A DNA stretch of 64,000 nt from Patescibacteria group bacterium (GTDB lineage: Bacteria; Patescibacteriota; WWE3; 0-14-0-20-40-13). The stretch's first letter is position 1. Every line of letters starts with the position of its first letter. Under the pieces are notes generated by a model. It had not been told where the DNA came from, searched no databases, and worked only from the letters and a program-made list of their open reading frames with translations. The stretch covers positions 3,776 through 67,775 of the forward strand of contig JAHINB010000003.1 of NCBI GenBank assembly GCA_018896215.1, read 5' to 3'. This document shows, piece by piece, positions 9,660 to 19,523 of the stretch. The position numbers were made by a program, and so were the translations under genes.

Positions 9660-10589
9660 CTAATCCTTTTTAGCAACCTTCTTTGTTCCCCTAAAAAAGA
9701 GTACTTTAACAATAAGGACAATAGGAAGCCACATTAAAGCAAATGCGGCAACCCAGATAAAGGCAACTGCCACAAAGTACAGCACATCTAGGATTTTATT
9801 TCCAGCTTCTTTGAGCGTTTCCAAAAGATCCGGTCTTTGTGGTGTTTGACTCGGATTAAAGTACTTTTCGGAATTTGCCACTACCAGGCTTAGTGTGGCA
9901 TAACTTGTTTTGGTTTCTACTGTGTTTACTTGAGATGTGGCGGAAGCAATTTGAGATTCCAGTCTTTGTATTTCGTATTCAATTTGTTTCTTTTCGATAT
10001 CGGTTCTGGCTGCCAAGAGCTCTAACTCCTTTTTGGTCTTTTCCTCGTTAAGTCTGGTTAACTCATCGCTAGCCTGTTTTAGGGCTCCTGTTTCGTCAAG
10101 GGAGTTTATGTTTTCATAATAGGTTTTTTTGATGTCCGTCTTAACCCGCATGTTGGCCTCGTCAAATTTTTCCACAGGAACTTTTACGGTTAGCGAAGCC
10201 ACAATTGTTTTATCGGAAGTATTAAGATTGGAAGATAATATCCTTCCGCCAATGCTCAAAAAATAGCTGGTTAGGTTGGAGGTGTACTTTTCCACACTAT
10301 CAACCACAACGCTAAAGCTAGAATATTTTTCGTAGACTCGGTTAACTACATCTAACGCGGCATCAGGAGTTATGTATGGGGGCATAATGGAGGTGGTGGG
10401 TCTTTCGATCATCATTTTAGCCCCACTCTCTTGCGAATATCCCGTTGAACCACTATTTACAGCTTGGATTAATGAAGGCGCTCCTTTAATGGCCACCACA
10501 GCAGTGTTCTTTACAGTAACAAAAATAAAAGCCGGAATGGCGGTAATAACAGCAAGTATTAGAACAATAACGAGAGTTTTTTTATTCAT
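9660..10589 (-). CDS. DUF4349-like membrane-anchored protein
   Basis: N-terminal TM, GGRILSS, LTVKVP, coiled coil, SYATLSL, C-terminal TM. Confidence 0.75.
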   Translation of the reverse strand: MNKKTLVIVLILAVITAIPAFIFVTVKNTAVVAIKGAPSLIQAVNSGSTGYSQESGAKMMIERPTTSIMPPYITPDAALDVVNRVYEKYSSFSVVVDSVEKYTSNLTSYFLSIGGRILSSNLNTSDKTIVASLTVKVPVEKFDEANMRVKTDIKKTYYENINSLDETGALKQASDELTRLNEEKTKKELELLAARTDIEKKQIEYEIQRLESQIASATSQVNTVETKTSYATLSLVVANSEKYFNPSQTPQRPDLLETLKEAGNKILDVLYFVAVAFIWVAAFALMWLPIVLIVKVLFFRGTKKVAKKD

Positions 10590-10719
10590 ATGTTTTTTAA
10601 CTTCTAGTAATATGTTAAATATATTATCTTAGGGTTTTAAAGTCAAATTTTGCCTTCTTTGCTTATAGAAGGTTTTGCACCAAGTTGTTCGAGCATCTGT
10701 TTAGTATTATCCATGTCTA

Positions 10720-11481
10720 TTAAGAGAATTTCTTTTTTATGTAGTCGGTAATATAGATAAATAATTTAGCAAGATTTTCTCTCTCATTTATTCTAATAAA
10801 GGGTTTTAAGTCCTGAATAAATTCCTTTTCGTTAAAGGCTGTAAGTCTCTCAATAAACTCCTTTTTATTGAATTTCTCTCTATAGTAGGCAAGCTTTTTG
10901 TCAATTAGGTTAAAATCAATTTTTCCACCTAGTTCTATTAAAACCCATAAATCATAAAGATCCCGCATTTTTTTGCGAGTTAAGATTGCCCTAACCTTCT
11001 CAGCAATAATTTCATTAATGCTTAACGAGTTAATGTAATTTTTAACGATTATGGGATAGACAGTTTCCATAATTCTATTTTGTGGCTCGATTACGCTTTC
11101 TCTAAAGGAAAAATCCAGTTTTACATATACTGGTGTTTTAAATCCCAAGATAGTTGTGGTCAAAAGATATGACTTACCAACCAAAGCTTTTTTGGCTTTG
11201 CATTTAATGGGGTATTTACTCTCTACATCAGAAAAAACTTTTAAAATCTCGCTTTCAAAAACGGGGAGATCTAAATTTGCAGTAAAATCTAAATCTTCCG
11301 AGAAACGACTTCCTCCATATAACAACCTAATTGCAGTACCACCTTTAAAATAGATATCTCTAGAAAATTTATATGAGTAAAGTTCGTTTAAGAAAAGTAT
11401 TTGAATAAACTCCCGAGCAATAACACTTTCGTCAATTTTGTTTTTACTTGCCAACTCTTTTATTTGATCTAGAGAAATCAT
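10720..11481 (-). CDS. abiEii: AbiEii-family nucleotidyltransferase toxin (type IV TA)
   Basis: FKGGTAIRLLYGGSRFSEDLDF, AEKVRA, RDLYDL. Confidence 0.9.
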   Translation of the reverse strand: MISLDQIKELASKNKIDESVIAREFIQILFLNELYSYKFSRDIYFKGGTAIRLLYGGSRFSEDLDFTANLDLPVFESEILKVFSDVESKYPIKCKAKKALVGKSYLLTTTILGFKTPVYVKLDFSFRESVIEPQNRIMETVYPIIVKNYINSLSINEIIAEKVRAILTRKKMRDLYDLWVLIELGGKIDFNLIDKKLAYYREKFNKKEFIERLTAFNEKEFIQDLKPFIRINERENLAKLFIYITDYIKKKFS

Positions 11482-12068
11482 AAATATTTATCAATTAACA
11501 CCGCGATTCCACTTTTGCTATTAGCAGAGACTAAAGGTAAATACAATCTGATCTTTTCTTTTGATAATTGCGATAAGTCCATCTCACTAAGGTAATTTTC
11601 TGTCCTAAAAGACTTGGTAACGAAGTAAAAATAGTCAAATAAAGCTTTTTCGGGGTAGGCAATTAAGAAGTTGTTTTTTGATTCGTAACCAGTTAAAAGC
11701 TCCTTTTTTATTTGTGAATAACTAAATATTTTATCGTTAATGTTTTTAACACAAGTTTTCTTTGTTGTGATAGCAGTAATTTCAAAAGGGAATTGGCTTA
11801 AGATTCCGTAGTAATTTAAAGCCGATTCCAAGGAAATATAGGATGGATTATACAAGTAGCTACTAGTAGCAAAATCCGAGGGGGCGTTTTGTTTTAAATA
11901 ATATTTTCCTCTTTCTAATTGGACAAACAGACCAGAGCCGATAAGACTACTGATAGTATTCTCCAGAGATCTCGCATTCTCAATTTTAAGAATAACAGCA
12001 ATATCTCTAGTATTAAAAAAGGTTTTTTTTGTTTCCAAGAGTTTATCGATCTGCAAGTACGCTTCCAT
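11478..12068 (-). CDS. abiEi: AbiEi-family antitoxin
   Basis: wHTH N-terminus, PSYISLESALNYYG, AYPEKALFD; 4-bp overlap with abiEii. Confidence 0.88.
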   Translation of the reverse strand: MEAYLQIDKLLETKKTFFNTRDIAVILKIENARSLENTISSLIGSGLFVQLERGKYYLKQNAPSDFATSSYLYNPSYISLESALNYYGILSQFPFEITAITTKKTCVKNINDKIFSYSQIKKELLTGYESKNNFLIAYPEKALFDYFYFVTKSFRTENYLSEMDLSQLSKEKIRLYLPLVSANSKSGIAVLIDKYL

Positions 12069-12175
12069 ATACCACCAATATTAGGTGGTTTATGGAAGCG
12101 TGTCAAGCTGCGAGATTCTTCGAAGATACAAACATGGTAAAATCTACCAGACCATCACATAACACCAAATGTAGA

Positions 12176-12265
12176 GGAGGGGTGCGGGAGCGGTTTAACC
12201 GGCTGGTTTCGAAAACCATGCGGGGCGAAAGTCTCACGAGAGTTCAAATCTCTCCCCCTCCGCCA
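12176..12265 (+). tRNA. tRNA-Ser(CGA)
   Basis: GGAGGGG/CCCCTCC acceptor stem, anticodon loop TT-CGA-AA, long variable arm, GTTCAAATC, CCA end. Confidence 0.95.
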
Positions 12266-12319
12266 GCTTCTAATGGCTGTGCCACGTTAAATTTTTGTGT
12301 TATCACAAAAATTTGTACA

Positions 12320-12395
12320 TGGTGCCCCCAAGAGGACTCGAACCTCTAACCTTTGCGTCCGCAACGCAATGCTCTATCCATTAAGCTATGGGGGC
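12320..12395 (-). tRNA. tRNA-Arg(GCG)
   Basis: GCCCCCA/TGGGGGC acceptor stem; anticodon arm TTGCG-TT-GCG-GA-CGCAA; GTTCGAGTC; CCA end. Confidence 0.95.
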
Positions 12396-12399
12396 AAGT

Positions 12400-13326
12400 T
12401 TAAGATTTATTTAATTCCTCGAGAATCTTTTTTTGATTATAGGAGATCCGGCTGGGGACAACAAGCGCTACCTGGACAAAATGGTCGCCACGATGACTAC
12501 CCCTTACATTGGGAAAACCTTGTCCTCTAATTCTAAAGGTGGTTCCGTGTTGCGTTCCCGCGGGAATTTTAAGTTTAATTTTTTTGGTGCCAGATGGGGA
12601 ATTTGGGTCAATTGATTCAATCTCGATATTGTCTCCCAAAACAGCTTGGGGGTAGGAAATTTGGGCAAGAGAATAAGCGTTAGATGACTCATCTCGCTGA
12701 ATGCTTGTGTGAGTCTGTACTTTAATGACGATAAACAAATCACCAGGGATTCCTCCTTGAGGGGCGGGTTCTCCTTCTCCAGAGTATTTAATTTGCGAAC
12801 CGCTTGCCACCCCCGCGGGAATTTTTATCTTTAGGGGTTTTCCGCGAATGACAATTTGTTTTTGACAACCATGAATTGCTTCGGCAAATGAGATTGCCAG
12901 TTCATATTGCAGGCTTTTGCCCTTTTTTTCTCTTCTGGTGCCAAAGCCTCGGGATCCAAAAACTTGCTCAAAAACATCAAAAGGGTCAAAATCGCCACCA
13001 AAATCAAAGCCGTTGTTTGATCCTTGAGAGGAATAAGTATAAGTAAACGGTCCCCAGGATCCGCCGTAAGCGCCCCCTCCCCGTGCTGAGCCCGCCTGTT
13101 GAGCCGTCGAAGCATGACCAAATTGGTCGTACGATCGGTGTTTTTCGGGATTAGATAATATCTGGTAAGCTTCGTTAATCTCTTTAAACTTTTCCTCGGC
13201 GAGTTTTTTATCTTTGGCTACATCGGGGTGATATTCTTTGGCAAGTTTTTTATAAGCTCGTTTGATTTCGTCATCGCTGGCGTTTTTAGAGATCCCAAGT
13301 ATTTCATAATAGTCCCGTTTGCTCAT
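12400..13326 (-). CDS. dnaJ: DnaJ co-chaperone lacking the zinc-finger domain (class B)
   Basis: J domain with HPD, G/F-rich region, C-terminal domain; no CxxCxGxG repeats. Confidence 0.92.
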   Translation of the reverse strand: MSKRDYYEILGISKNASDDEIKRAYKKLAKEYHPDVAKDKKLAEEKFKEINEAYQILSNPEKHRSYDQFGHASTAQQAGSARGGGAYGGSWGPFTYTYSSQGSNNGFDFGGDFDPFDVFEQVFGSRGFGTRREKKGKSLQYELAISFAEAIHGCQKQIVIRGKPLKIKIPAGVASGSQIKYSGEGEPAPQGGIPGDLFIVIKVQTHTSIQRDESSNAYSLAQISYPQAVLGDNIEIESIDPNSPSGTKKIKLKIPAGTQHGTTFRIRGQGFPNVRGSHRGDHFVQVALVVPSRISYNQKKILEELNKS

Positions 13327-15230
13327 TACTCAACAACCTCTCCCTCCTTCGGCTCGTCTGGTTTTGATTCACCGTCTTCCGGTTTGTTGTCTGTGGGATT
13401 ATCTTCTTGCGGACCACCTTCGGGGGTTTTTTGCTCACCTTGCCCATAGATAGATTGTCCGATTTTTTGCAATTCAAGCGACAATTCCTGGGTTTTGTTT
13501 TTGATTTCATCAAGAGTTCCAGTCGCCACAATGTCTTTGAGAATCTTGGCTTTTTCTTCAACCGATTTTTTAACATCTTCTGGTACTTTATCTCCCGCAT
13601 CTCTTAAAGACTTTTCGGCGGTGTAAACCATATTGTCTGCAATATTTCGGGCTTCGGCTACCTCTTTCTTTTTTTGATCCTCTTCTTTATTCTTTTCGGC
13701 ATCAACAACCATTTTTTCGATATCTTCTTTGGATAAACCCGTTCCCGATTGGACGGTGATTTTTTGCTCTTTGCCCGATGCCTTGTCTTTTGCCGAAACG
13801 GCCACAATGCCATTGGCGTCAATGTCAAATTTGACCTCTACTTGGGGAACGCCCCGAGGCGCTGGCGGAATGCCATCTAAAATAAATCGACCCAAAGATT
13901 TGTTGTCCCCCGCCATCTCTCTTTCTCCTTGCAAGACATTTATCTCCACCGAAGTTTGGCTGTCGGCGGCGGTGCTAAAGACTTGAGAAGCCGAGGTGGG
14001 TATGGTGGTGTTCCTTTTAATTAAAGGCGTTGCCACCCCACCCAGTGTCTCTATTCCCAATGTTAAAGGAGTTACATCGAGCAACAAGACATCTTTGACA
14101 TCTCCGGTTAAGACGCCCCCTTGAATTGCCGCCCCTACCGCCACCACCTCGTCGGGATTGACTCCTTTGTGGGGCTCTTTGCCAAAAAGGGTTTTTACGG
14201 TTTCGACGACCTTAGGCATTCTAGTCATACCGCCAACAAGGACAACTTCATCAATATCGCCAATTTTGAATTTGGCGTCTTTTAGCGCCGACTCGCAAGG
14301 AGGGACACTCTTTTTAATGAGATCGTCTGTCAACTGTTCCAGCTTGGCACGAGACAGCATTACTGTTAAGTGCTTTGGTCCTGATTGGTCAGCTGTAATA
14401 TAGGGAACGCTAACCTGGGTTTCTTGCGTGCTGGAAAGCTCTATTTTGGCTTTTTCTGCCGCGTCCTTTAAGCGTTGCATGGCTTGACGGTCATTGGAGA
14501 TGTCCACCCCGTTTTCTTTTTTAAACTCCGCAAGCAACCACTCAATAATTTTATTGTCAAAATCGTCTCCGCCGAGGTAAGTGTCCCCATTGGTGCTTTT
14601 AACCTCAAAAACGCCATCACCTATCTCTAGAATGGAGATGTCAAAAGTGCCCCCGCCTAAATCGTAAATCGCTATTTGCTCGTTTTTCTTTTTATCTAGC
14701 CCATAAGCAAGGGAAGCGGCGGTGGGTTCGTTAATAATCCTTTTTACATCAAAGCCAGCAATAAGGCCTGCCTCTTTGGTGGCTTGTCTTTGACTATCGT
14801 CAAAGTAGGCGGGAACAGTAATAACCGCTTCGGTGATAGGTTGTCCAATGTATGCCTCGGCATCAGCCTTTAGTTTGGCAAGAATTGATGCGGAAATTTG
14901 CTGGGGAGTAAACTCCTTGCCTTCAATTTCTAAGACCGCCAGACCGTTTTTATCAGCTTTTACTGTGTAGGGAAGGCTTTTAATGGCTTTTTGCACAGCC
15001 GGATCATTAAATCTGCGACCCATTAAACGCTTTACGGAGTAGACAGTATTTTTGGGATTTACCACCTGCTGTCTTTTTGCCGAAACGCCGACCAAATTGC
15101 GAATAGGATCCACTATTGATGGGGTGGTTCTGCCACCCTCACTATTGGGAATTACTTTAGGGGTGCCACTTTCCATAATTGCCATGCAAGAATTGGTGGT
15201 ACCAAGATCGATACCTAGTATTTTAGACAT
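13326..15230 (-). CDS. dnaK: Chaperone DnaK
   Basis: [30 protein letters not shown]. Confidence 0.99.
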   Translation of the reverse strand: MSKILGIDLGTTNSCMAIMESGTPKVIPNSEGGRTTPSIVDPIRNLVGVSAKRQQVVNPKNTVYSVKRLMGRRFNDPAVQKAIKSLPYTVKADKNGLAVLEIEGKEFTPQQISASILAKLKADAEAYIGQPITEAVITVPAYFDDSQRQATKEAGLIAGFDVKRIINEPTAASLAYGLDKKKNEQIAIYDLGGGTFDISILEIGDGVFEVKSTNGDTYLGGDDFDNKIIEWLLAEFKKENGVDISNDRQAMQRLKDAAEKAKIELSSTQETQVSVPYITADQSGPKHLTVMLSRAKLEQLTDDLIKKSVPPCESALKDAKFKIGDIDEVVLVGGMTRMPKVVETVKTLFGKEPHKGVNPDEVVAVGAAIQGGVLTGDVKDVLLLDVTPLTLGIETLGGVATPLIKRNTTIPTSASQVFSTAADSQTSVEINVLQGEREMAGDNKSLGRFILDGIPPAPRGVPQVEVKFDIDANGIVAVSAKDKASGKEQKITVQSGTGLSKEDIEKMVVDAEKNKEEDQKKKEVAEARNIADNMVYTAEKSLRDAGDKVPEDVKKSVEEKAKILKDIVATGTLDEIKNKTQELSLELQKIGQSIYGQGEQKTPEGGPQEDNPTDNKPEDGESKPDEPKEGEVVE

Positions 15231-15233
15231 AAA

Positions 15234-15704
15234 TTAATTAGAGTTTGTTTCTTGCGGATTGTTTACAGAATCAGAAGAAGCAAACTTTTTTCCAACTATA
15301 ACTTTTGCCGGTCGTAGGATCCGGCTTCGGAGTTTATAACCAGTTTCTAATACTTTTAAAATTTTATTTTCCTCACCTTTTGCCAGCTCTACCGCCTCGT
15401 GGTGTCTGGGGTCAAAATTGTCTCCCTCCGCCTCAATTGTTTCTACCCCTTCTTGCTTTAATAATTCTTTAAAATTGGTAATTACCAGTTGCAATCCCTC
15501 GTCTTTTAAATGCTCCTGCGCTTTTTCTAAATTATCTAGTATAGGTAAAAGCTCTCTTAAAAAATTAGAAAGGGCGTATTTGGCAAATTCTGTTTTTTCT
15601 TCTGTCACCCGCTTTTCTAAATTTTTGTAATCCGCCAAAGCCCTTCTCCAATTTGTCTCCATTTCGGAGACCTCACTCTTTTCCATTTCTTCGTGTGTTT
15701 TCAT
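15234..15704 (-). CDS. grpE: Nucleotide exchange factor GrpE
   Basis: RALADYKNLEKR, FDPRHHEAV, GYKL..RILRPAKV. Confidence 0.96.
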   Translation of the reverse strand: MKTHEEMEKSEVSEMETNWRRALADYKNLEKRVTEEKTEFAKYALSNFLRELLPILDNLEKAQEHLKDEGLQLVITNFKELLKQEGVETIEAEGDNFDPRHHEAVELAKGEENKILKVLETGYKLRSRILRPAKVIVGKKFASSDSVNNPQETNSN

Positions 15705-15705
15705 C

Positions 15706-16434
15706 TTACCAATTGCCTCCCAACTCGCAGATTAAATTTTTTAAATATCTTACCTCGGGAATAATTTTGGCGTAAGGCATTCTGTAAGGACCTACAACGC
15801 TTAACCTTCCCTGCGTTCTTCCGCAACTATAGCGAGCAGTTACCATTCCAGCCAGATCCAAATGGGGAATTTCCATTTCGGGTCCAATAATTACGGTAAT
15901 GTCTTGCCCGTGGCGCATTTTGGAAAATACGCTTTGGTATGCTTCGAAGTCATCTAAAATTCCAAAAATAGATTTTGCCGCGTCAATATCTAAAAATTCT
16001 GGATGCTCCAAGATATTTACTGTCCCAGCGCTGTACATTCTGCCATCATCGGTATCAACAATAGAAAGCAGTCCCGAAGCTTCGGCAAGAGATAAAGCCA
16101 CTTGGCGTAAAAATTTGTCTTGCTCATAGCGTTCCTGCCAAACCCGTTGTTTTATGGCAACTTCTTGCAAAACCGGAACTTCTTTTTCGTCCACCAGATT
16201 TTGAATGTAATATCTTATGCCCAAAGGCGTTGGTGTTCTTCCTGCCGAAGTGTGGGGAACCTCTAGATAACCCTTGCGCATCAATTCTGCCATTTCGTTG
16301 CGAACCGTGGCAGGGCTAATTTTTAGATTGTGTTTGGAAACTAAATCTTCAGAACCAACAGGCTTCGCCGAATCAATATGATCATCAATAATTGCTTTTA
16401 GAATAACAATTTGTCTCGGTGTTAGATTTTCCAT
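15706..16434 (-). CDS. hrcA: Heat-inducible repressor HrcA (short form)
   Basis: PVGS, SPATVRNEM, PHTSAGRTPT, VVGPYRMPY. Confidence 0.95.
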   Translation of the reverse strand: MENLTPRQIVILKAIIDDHIDSAKPVGSEDLVSKHNLKISPATVRNEMAELMRKGYLEVPHTSAGRTPTPLGIRYYIQNLVDEKEVPVLQEVAIKQRVWQERYEQDKFLRQVALSLAEASGLLSIVDTDDGRMYSAGTVNILEHPEFLDIDAAKSIFGILDDFEAYQSVFSKMRHGQDITVIIGPEMEIPHLDLAGMVTARYSCGRTQGRLSVVGPYRMPYAKIIPEVRYLKNLICELGGNW

Positions 16435-16446
16435 AATAGATGTCAA

Positions 16447-16483
16447 CTGGCACTAATATAGTACGAGTGATAATTATTGTCAA
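16447..16483 (-). promoter_or_regulatory. CIRCE operator overlapping the hrcA promoter
   Basis: Minus strand TTATCACTC-N9-TAGTGCCAG (16473-16447) vs consensus TTAGCACTC-N9-GAGTGCTAA; TTGACA (16483-16478)-17 nt-TATATT. Confidence 0.85.
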
Positions 16484-16509
16484 CAGGAATTTTAGGGTAC
16501 AATTGCGAT

Positions 16510-17301
16510 ATGTTCTTAGAGCCAAAAAAGTCCCTGGGGCAAAATTTTTTAAAGTCGCCAAAAGTCTTAAATGACTTTATTCAGGCGTGTGATTTATCGA
16601 AAAACGATGTGGTACTGGAAGTTGGAGCAGGAACTGGGGCAGTGACTAGAGAGCTTGCCGAGGTTGCAGGCAAGGTAATTGCTGTTGAGTTTGATCGAGA
16701 TCTTGTGGAAGCACTTAAGGAATCATTAAAAGATTATTCTAATGTGGAGATCGTTAACGATGATATTTTACAAATTTTCCCTACTTCGCTCGCCGTTGGT
16801 GAGCTACACAGGGCAGGCAATTTAAAGATAGTGGGGTCGATTCCATATAGTATTACTTCGCCATTGATTGGCAAAATTTATGAACTTAAACAAAAGCCAA
16901 CCTTAATCTGTTTAATTGTGCAGTGGGAAGTGGCAAAAAAGATTTGCGCTAAACCGCCCAACGCCAGTTATTTGTCCAATCTTGTGGCAACATTTGGAGA
17001 AGCAAAAATTATAAGAAAAATCCCACCGGGAGCGTTTTGCCCAGCACCACGAGTTGACTCCGCGATTCTACGAATCGTCACGCATAATAAATATCCTGAT
17101 ATCAGGACAAAAGAATTCTCTCAGTTTCTCCATAAGGGGTTTAAACATCCTCGGAAAAAAATCAAGCAGGTTTTCACGCTAGAAGAACTGTTAAAGGTTG
17201 GGATAGATCCAAGCCTCCGCCCCGAAAATCTTTCTTTGCTGAACTGGCTAAACCTTTTTAATTTGGGAGTATCCCATTTGGGATACTCCCATATGAGATA
17301 A
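16510..17301 (+). CDS. rsmA: 16S rRNA dimethyladenosine transferase RsmA/KsgA
   Basis: KKSLGQNFL, LEVGAGTG, GSIPYSIT, FCPAPRVDSA, RPENLS. Confidence 0.95.
   Translation: MFLEPKKSLGQNFLKSPKVLNDFIQACDLSKNDVVLEVGAGTGAVTRELAEVAGKVIAVEFDRDLVEALKESLKDYSNVEIVNDDILQIFPTSLAVGELHRAGNLKIVGSIPYSITSPLIGKIYELKQKPTLICLIVQWEVAKKICAKPPNASYLSNLVATFGEAKIIRKIPPGAFCPAPRVDSAILRIVTHNKYPDIRTKEFSQFLHKGFKHPRKKIKQVFTLEELLKVGIDPSLRPENLSLLNWLNLFNLGVSHLGYSHMR
16779..16818. repeat. CTWCG-type hairpin repeat in frame inside rsmA
   Basis: CCCTACTTCGCTC..GAGCTACACAGGGCA aligns with the reverse complement of 8576-8617. Confidence 0.65.
17264..17291. repeat. REP-like palindrome, core AGTAT (in the rsmA 3' end)
   Basis: TGGGAGTATCCCA-TT-TGGGATACTCCCA. 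Confidence 0.85.
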
Positions 17302-17364
17302 GGAAATATGAGGGGATCATGCGCGTTTCGTATTTGGTACAATGAATCTAGGAATCAAAAAACT

Positions 17365-18318
17365 ATGAATTTAGAAAATTTACCAGAACATTTGGTGCAG
17401 TCCCCAATTTGGGGAAAATTTAAGACCCAAATGGGAACGCCAGCGTACACCGCGGGCGGTGTGCAATTTACCCTCCACAAATTACCTCTTTTGCCTTACT
17501 ACTTGGCATATGCTCCCAAGATCAATCTCAAGAATATTAACTATGAGGAAGTGGGTAAAGTTGCCGAATCAAAAAATGCGGTAGCCGTGCGTTTTGATGC
17601 ACCTAATGTTGTTTTGGCTGATGATACAGCAAAAAGTCGGGTACTACCCGATTCGGGTAGTACCCGATATAATGTTGTACCTGCGCCAAAAGATACTTTT
17701 GCTAAGTACAATATTCTTTTAGATTTAACTCCAAACGAAGAAACGCTTTTTAAAAATCTTAAATCCAAAACCCGTTACAACATCAGACTTGCCCAAAAAA
17801 ATGGCGTTGTAGTCAAGAAATCGAACGACATAAATACATTTTTAGAGCTCAATCGCAAAACCGCAAAAAGGCAGGGTTTTTTTGTCCACGCAGATTCTTA
17901 TTACAAAACTATGTTCGAGATCTTGCAAAAGGAAGGTTTGGCCTATCTATTTATTGCTTATTTAAATAACGAGCCACTTGTTGCTTGGATTCTAATCTGC
18001 TATCAAGGGGTTTTGTATTATCCTTACGGAGCTTCTTCCGAAAAACACAAAGAGGTTATGGCGTCCAACCTAATGATGTGGGAGGCAATAAAATTTGGAA
18101 AAGAAAAAGGTTGTAAACTGTTTGATATGTGGGGGGCAACTAACGATGAAAAAGACCCCTGGTGGGGGTTTACGAGATTTAAGTTGGGATATGGGGGAGA
18201 GTTGGTTAAATACATGGACTCCTTCGATCTCGTTATTAATAAACCGATATATAGACTATTTAATGGGGTGTATAGATTATTTTGGTTTTTTCTCAATTTA
18301 AAAAAGCTATGGATCTAA
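17365..18318 (+). CDS. FemABX-family peptidoglycan bridge aminoacyltransferase
   Basis: HLVQSPIWGKFK, KTRYNIRLAQKNGV, YYPYGASS, FDMWG, GFTRFKLGYGG. Confidence 0.9.
   Translation: MNLENLPEHLVQSPIWGKFKTQMGTPAYTAGGVQFTLHKLPLLPYYLAYAPKINLKNINYEEVGKVAESKNAVAVRFDAPNVVLADDTAKSRVLPDSGSTRYNVVPAPKDTFAKYNILLDLTPNEETLFKNLKSKTRYNIRLAQKNGVVVKKSNDINTFLELNRKTAKRQGFFVHADSYYKTMFEILQKEGLAYLFIAYLNNEPLVAWILICYQGVLYYPYGASSEKHKEVMASNLMMWEAIKFGKEKGCKLFDMWGATNDEKDPWWGFTRFKLGYGGELVKYMDSFDLVINKPIYRLFNGVYRLFWFFLNLKKLWI
17637..17667. repeat. REP-like palindrome, core TACTA (in frame inside FemABX-1)
   Basis: TCGGGTACTACCCGA-T-TCGGGTAGTACCCGA; 30 bp identical to 46425-46454. Confidence 0.9.
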
Positions 18319-19208
18319 GGCAAACAAAACACTGGGGAGAGTATTTAAAAGCTTTAGGCTGGGACTCTTTAGAAACAAAAGGCAATAATTTGAGGATAAA
18401 AAAGCTAGGAGTATTGGGGAGTATTATAAAAATCCAAAGACCGCGGGAGCTAAACGAAAAAATTCTCCAACAAATTGCCACAATTGCCCAAAAAGAAAGG
18501 GCAATTATTGTTAAACTAGAGCCTAATTTGGGGTTTAATGACGAAAGATTGCTTGCAAAGTATGGTTATAAAAAAGATACCTGGCCCACAGTTCCTGCCC
18601 ACACTATCATTTTAGACTTGAGTGACAACATTCCCAACACTTACACAAAAGACGCCCGATATTCTATTAGAAAAGCCGAAAAAGCGGGCATTCTCACCAA
18701 GTTTTTTAAAACCACAAACCCCCAAGCTCAAAAAGAATTTTATAAACTCTATAAAGAATCCGCCAAGGGAAAGTTTTTTGTGTCCTCATTTGAAAAGGAT
18801 TTTATTCCCAAATGCCAGGCGCTGGATAAGAGCTCATTTATAGCGTTAGCCTCGTGTGACAACAAGAATAAGGGATTATCCCAAATTTGGGATAATCCCT
18901 ATTCAGGGGCGTTTGTTTGTGTGGTTGGTGATACGGCACACTATCTGCACGCAGGTACCACTCAAGAGGGTAAGGACACAGGCGCCCCTTACAAGTTAAT
19001 CTTGGAGATTTGTCAAAAACTAAAAAAAGATAAAGTTAAGTATTTGGACTTGGAAGGAATTTATGATCCCAGATATCCTAAATTTACCAAAGGTTGGCAG
19101 GGGTTTACCCATTTTAAAAGCCAATTCGGTGGGCGCATCATGGAATTTCCGCCGTCATATACAAAGTACCGTGGCTTGCTTAAACTTCTTGCTAGTTTTA
19201 GCTATTAA
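18309..19208 (+). CDS. Second FemABX-family protein
   Basis: DLRQT..WGEY, KDARYSIRKAEK, LDLEGIYDPR, GFTHFKSQFGG. Confidence 0.85.
   Translation: MDLRQTKHWGEYLKALGWDSLETKGNNLRIKKLGVLGSIIKIQRPRELNEKILQQIATIAQKERAIIVKLEPNLGFNDERLLAKYGYKKDTWPTVPAHTIILDLSDNIPNTYTKDARYSIRKAEKAGILTKFFKTTNPQAQKEFYKLYKESAKGKFFVSSFEKDFIPKCQALDKSSFIALASCDNKNKGLSQIWDNPYSGAFVCVVGDTAHYLHAGTTQEGKDTGAPYKLILEICQKLKKDKVKYLDLEGIYDPRYPKFTKGWQGFTHFKSQFGGRIMEFPPSYTKYRGLLKLLASFSY
18871..18900. repeat. REP-like palindrome, core ATTAT (in frame inside FemABX-2)
   Basis: Perfect 30-bp palindrome AGGGATTATCCCAAATTTGGGATAATCCCT. Confidence 0.85.
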
Positions 19209-19223
19209 TTGTAGACTTTATGT

Positions 19224-19523
19224 ATGTTCTTTAATAACGCCCTAGCTTATACAATTTCTAACCCCACGCAGTACGGCGATATTGGATCTATTGTCACGAC
19301 CCTTATTCCCAACATCTATATGGTTGCGGGACTGATTTTCTTTTTCCTATTGGTAATGGGAGGGATTAATTATATGATGGCAGGGGGCGATGACAAGGCT
19401 ATTAACAAAGCCAAAAACACCCTCACCGCCGCGGTGATTGGTTTTGCTATAGTATTTGGAAGTTTGTTTGTGATTAAAATTTTAGAAATTGTTTTGGGGA
19501 TTAAATTGTTTTCCATAGGATAA
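19224..19523 (+). CDS. T4SS-type (VirB2/TrbC-like) pilin 1
   Basis: GGINYMMAGGDDK..AKNTLTAAVIG, two TM helices. Confidence 0.8.
   Translation: MFFNNALAYTISNPTQYGDIGSIVTTLIPNIYMVAGLIFFFLLVMGGINYMMAGGDDKAINKAKNTLTAAVIGFAIVFGSLFVIKILEIVLGIKLFSIG

Noticed and set aside
10720-12395. Integrative element at tRNA-Ser/tRNA-Arg carrying AbiE
   Set aside because: No integrase and no duplicated tRNA 3' end; the TA pair lies on the 5' side of tRNA-Ser.
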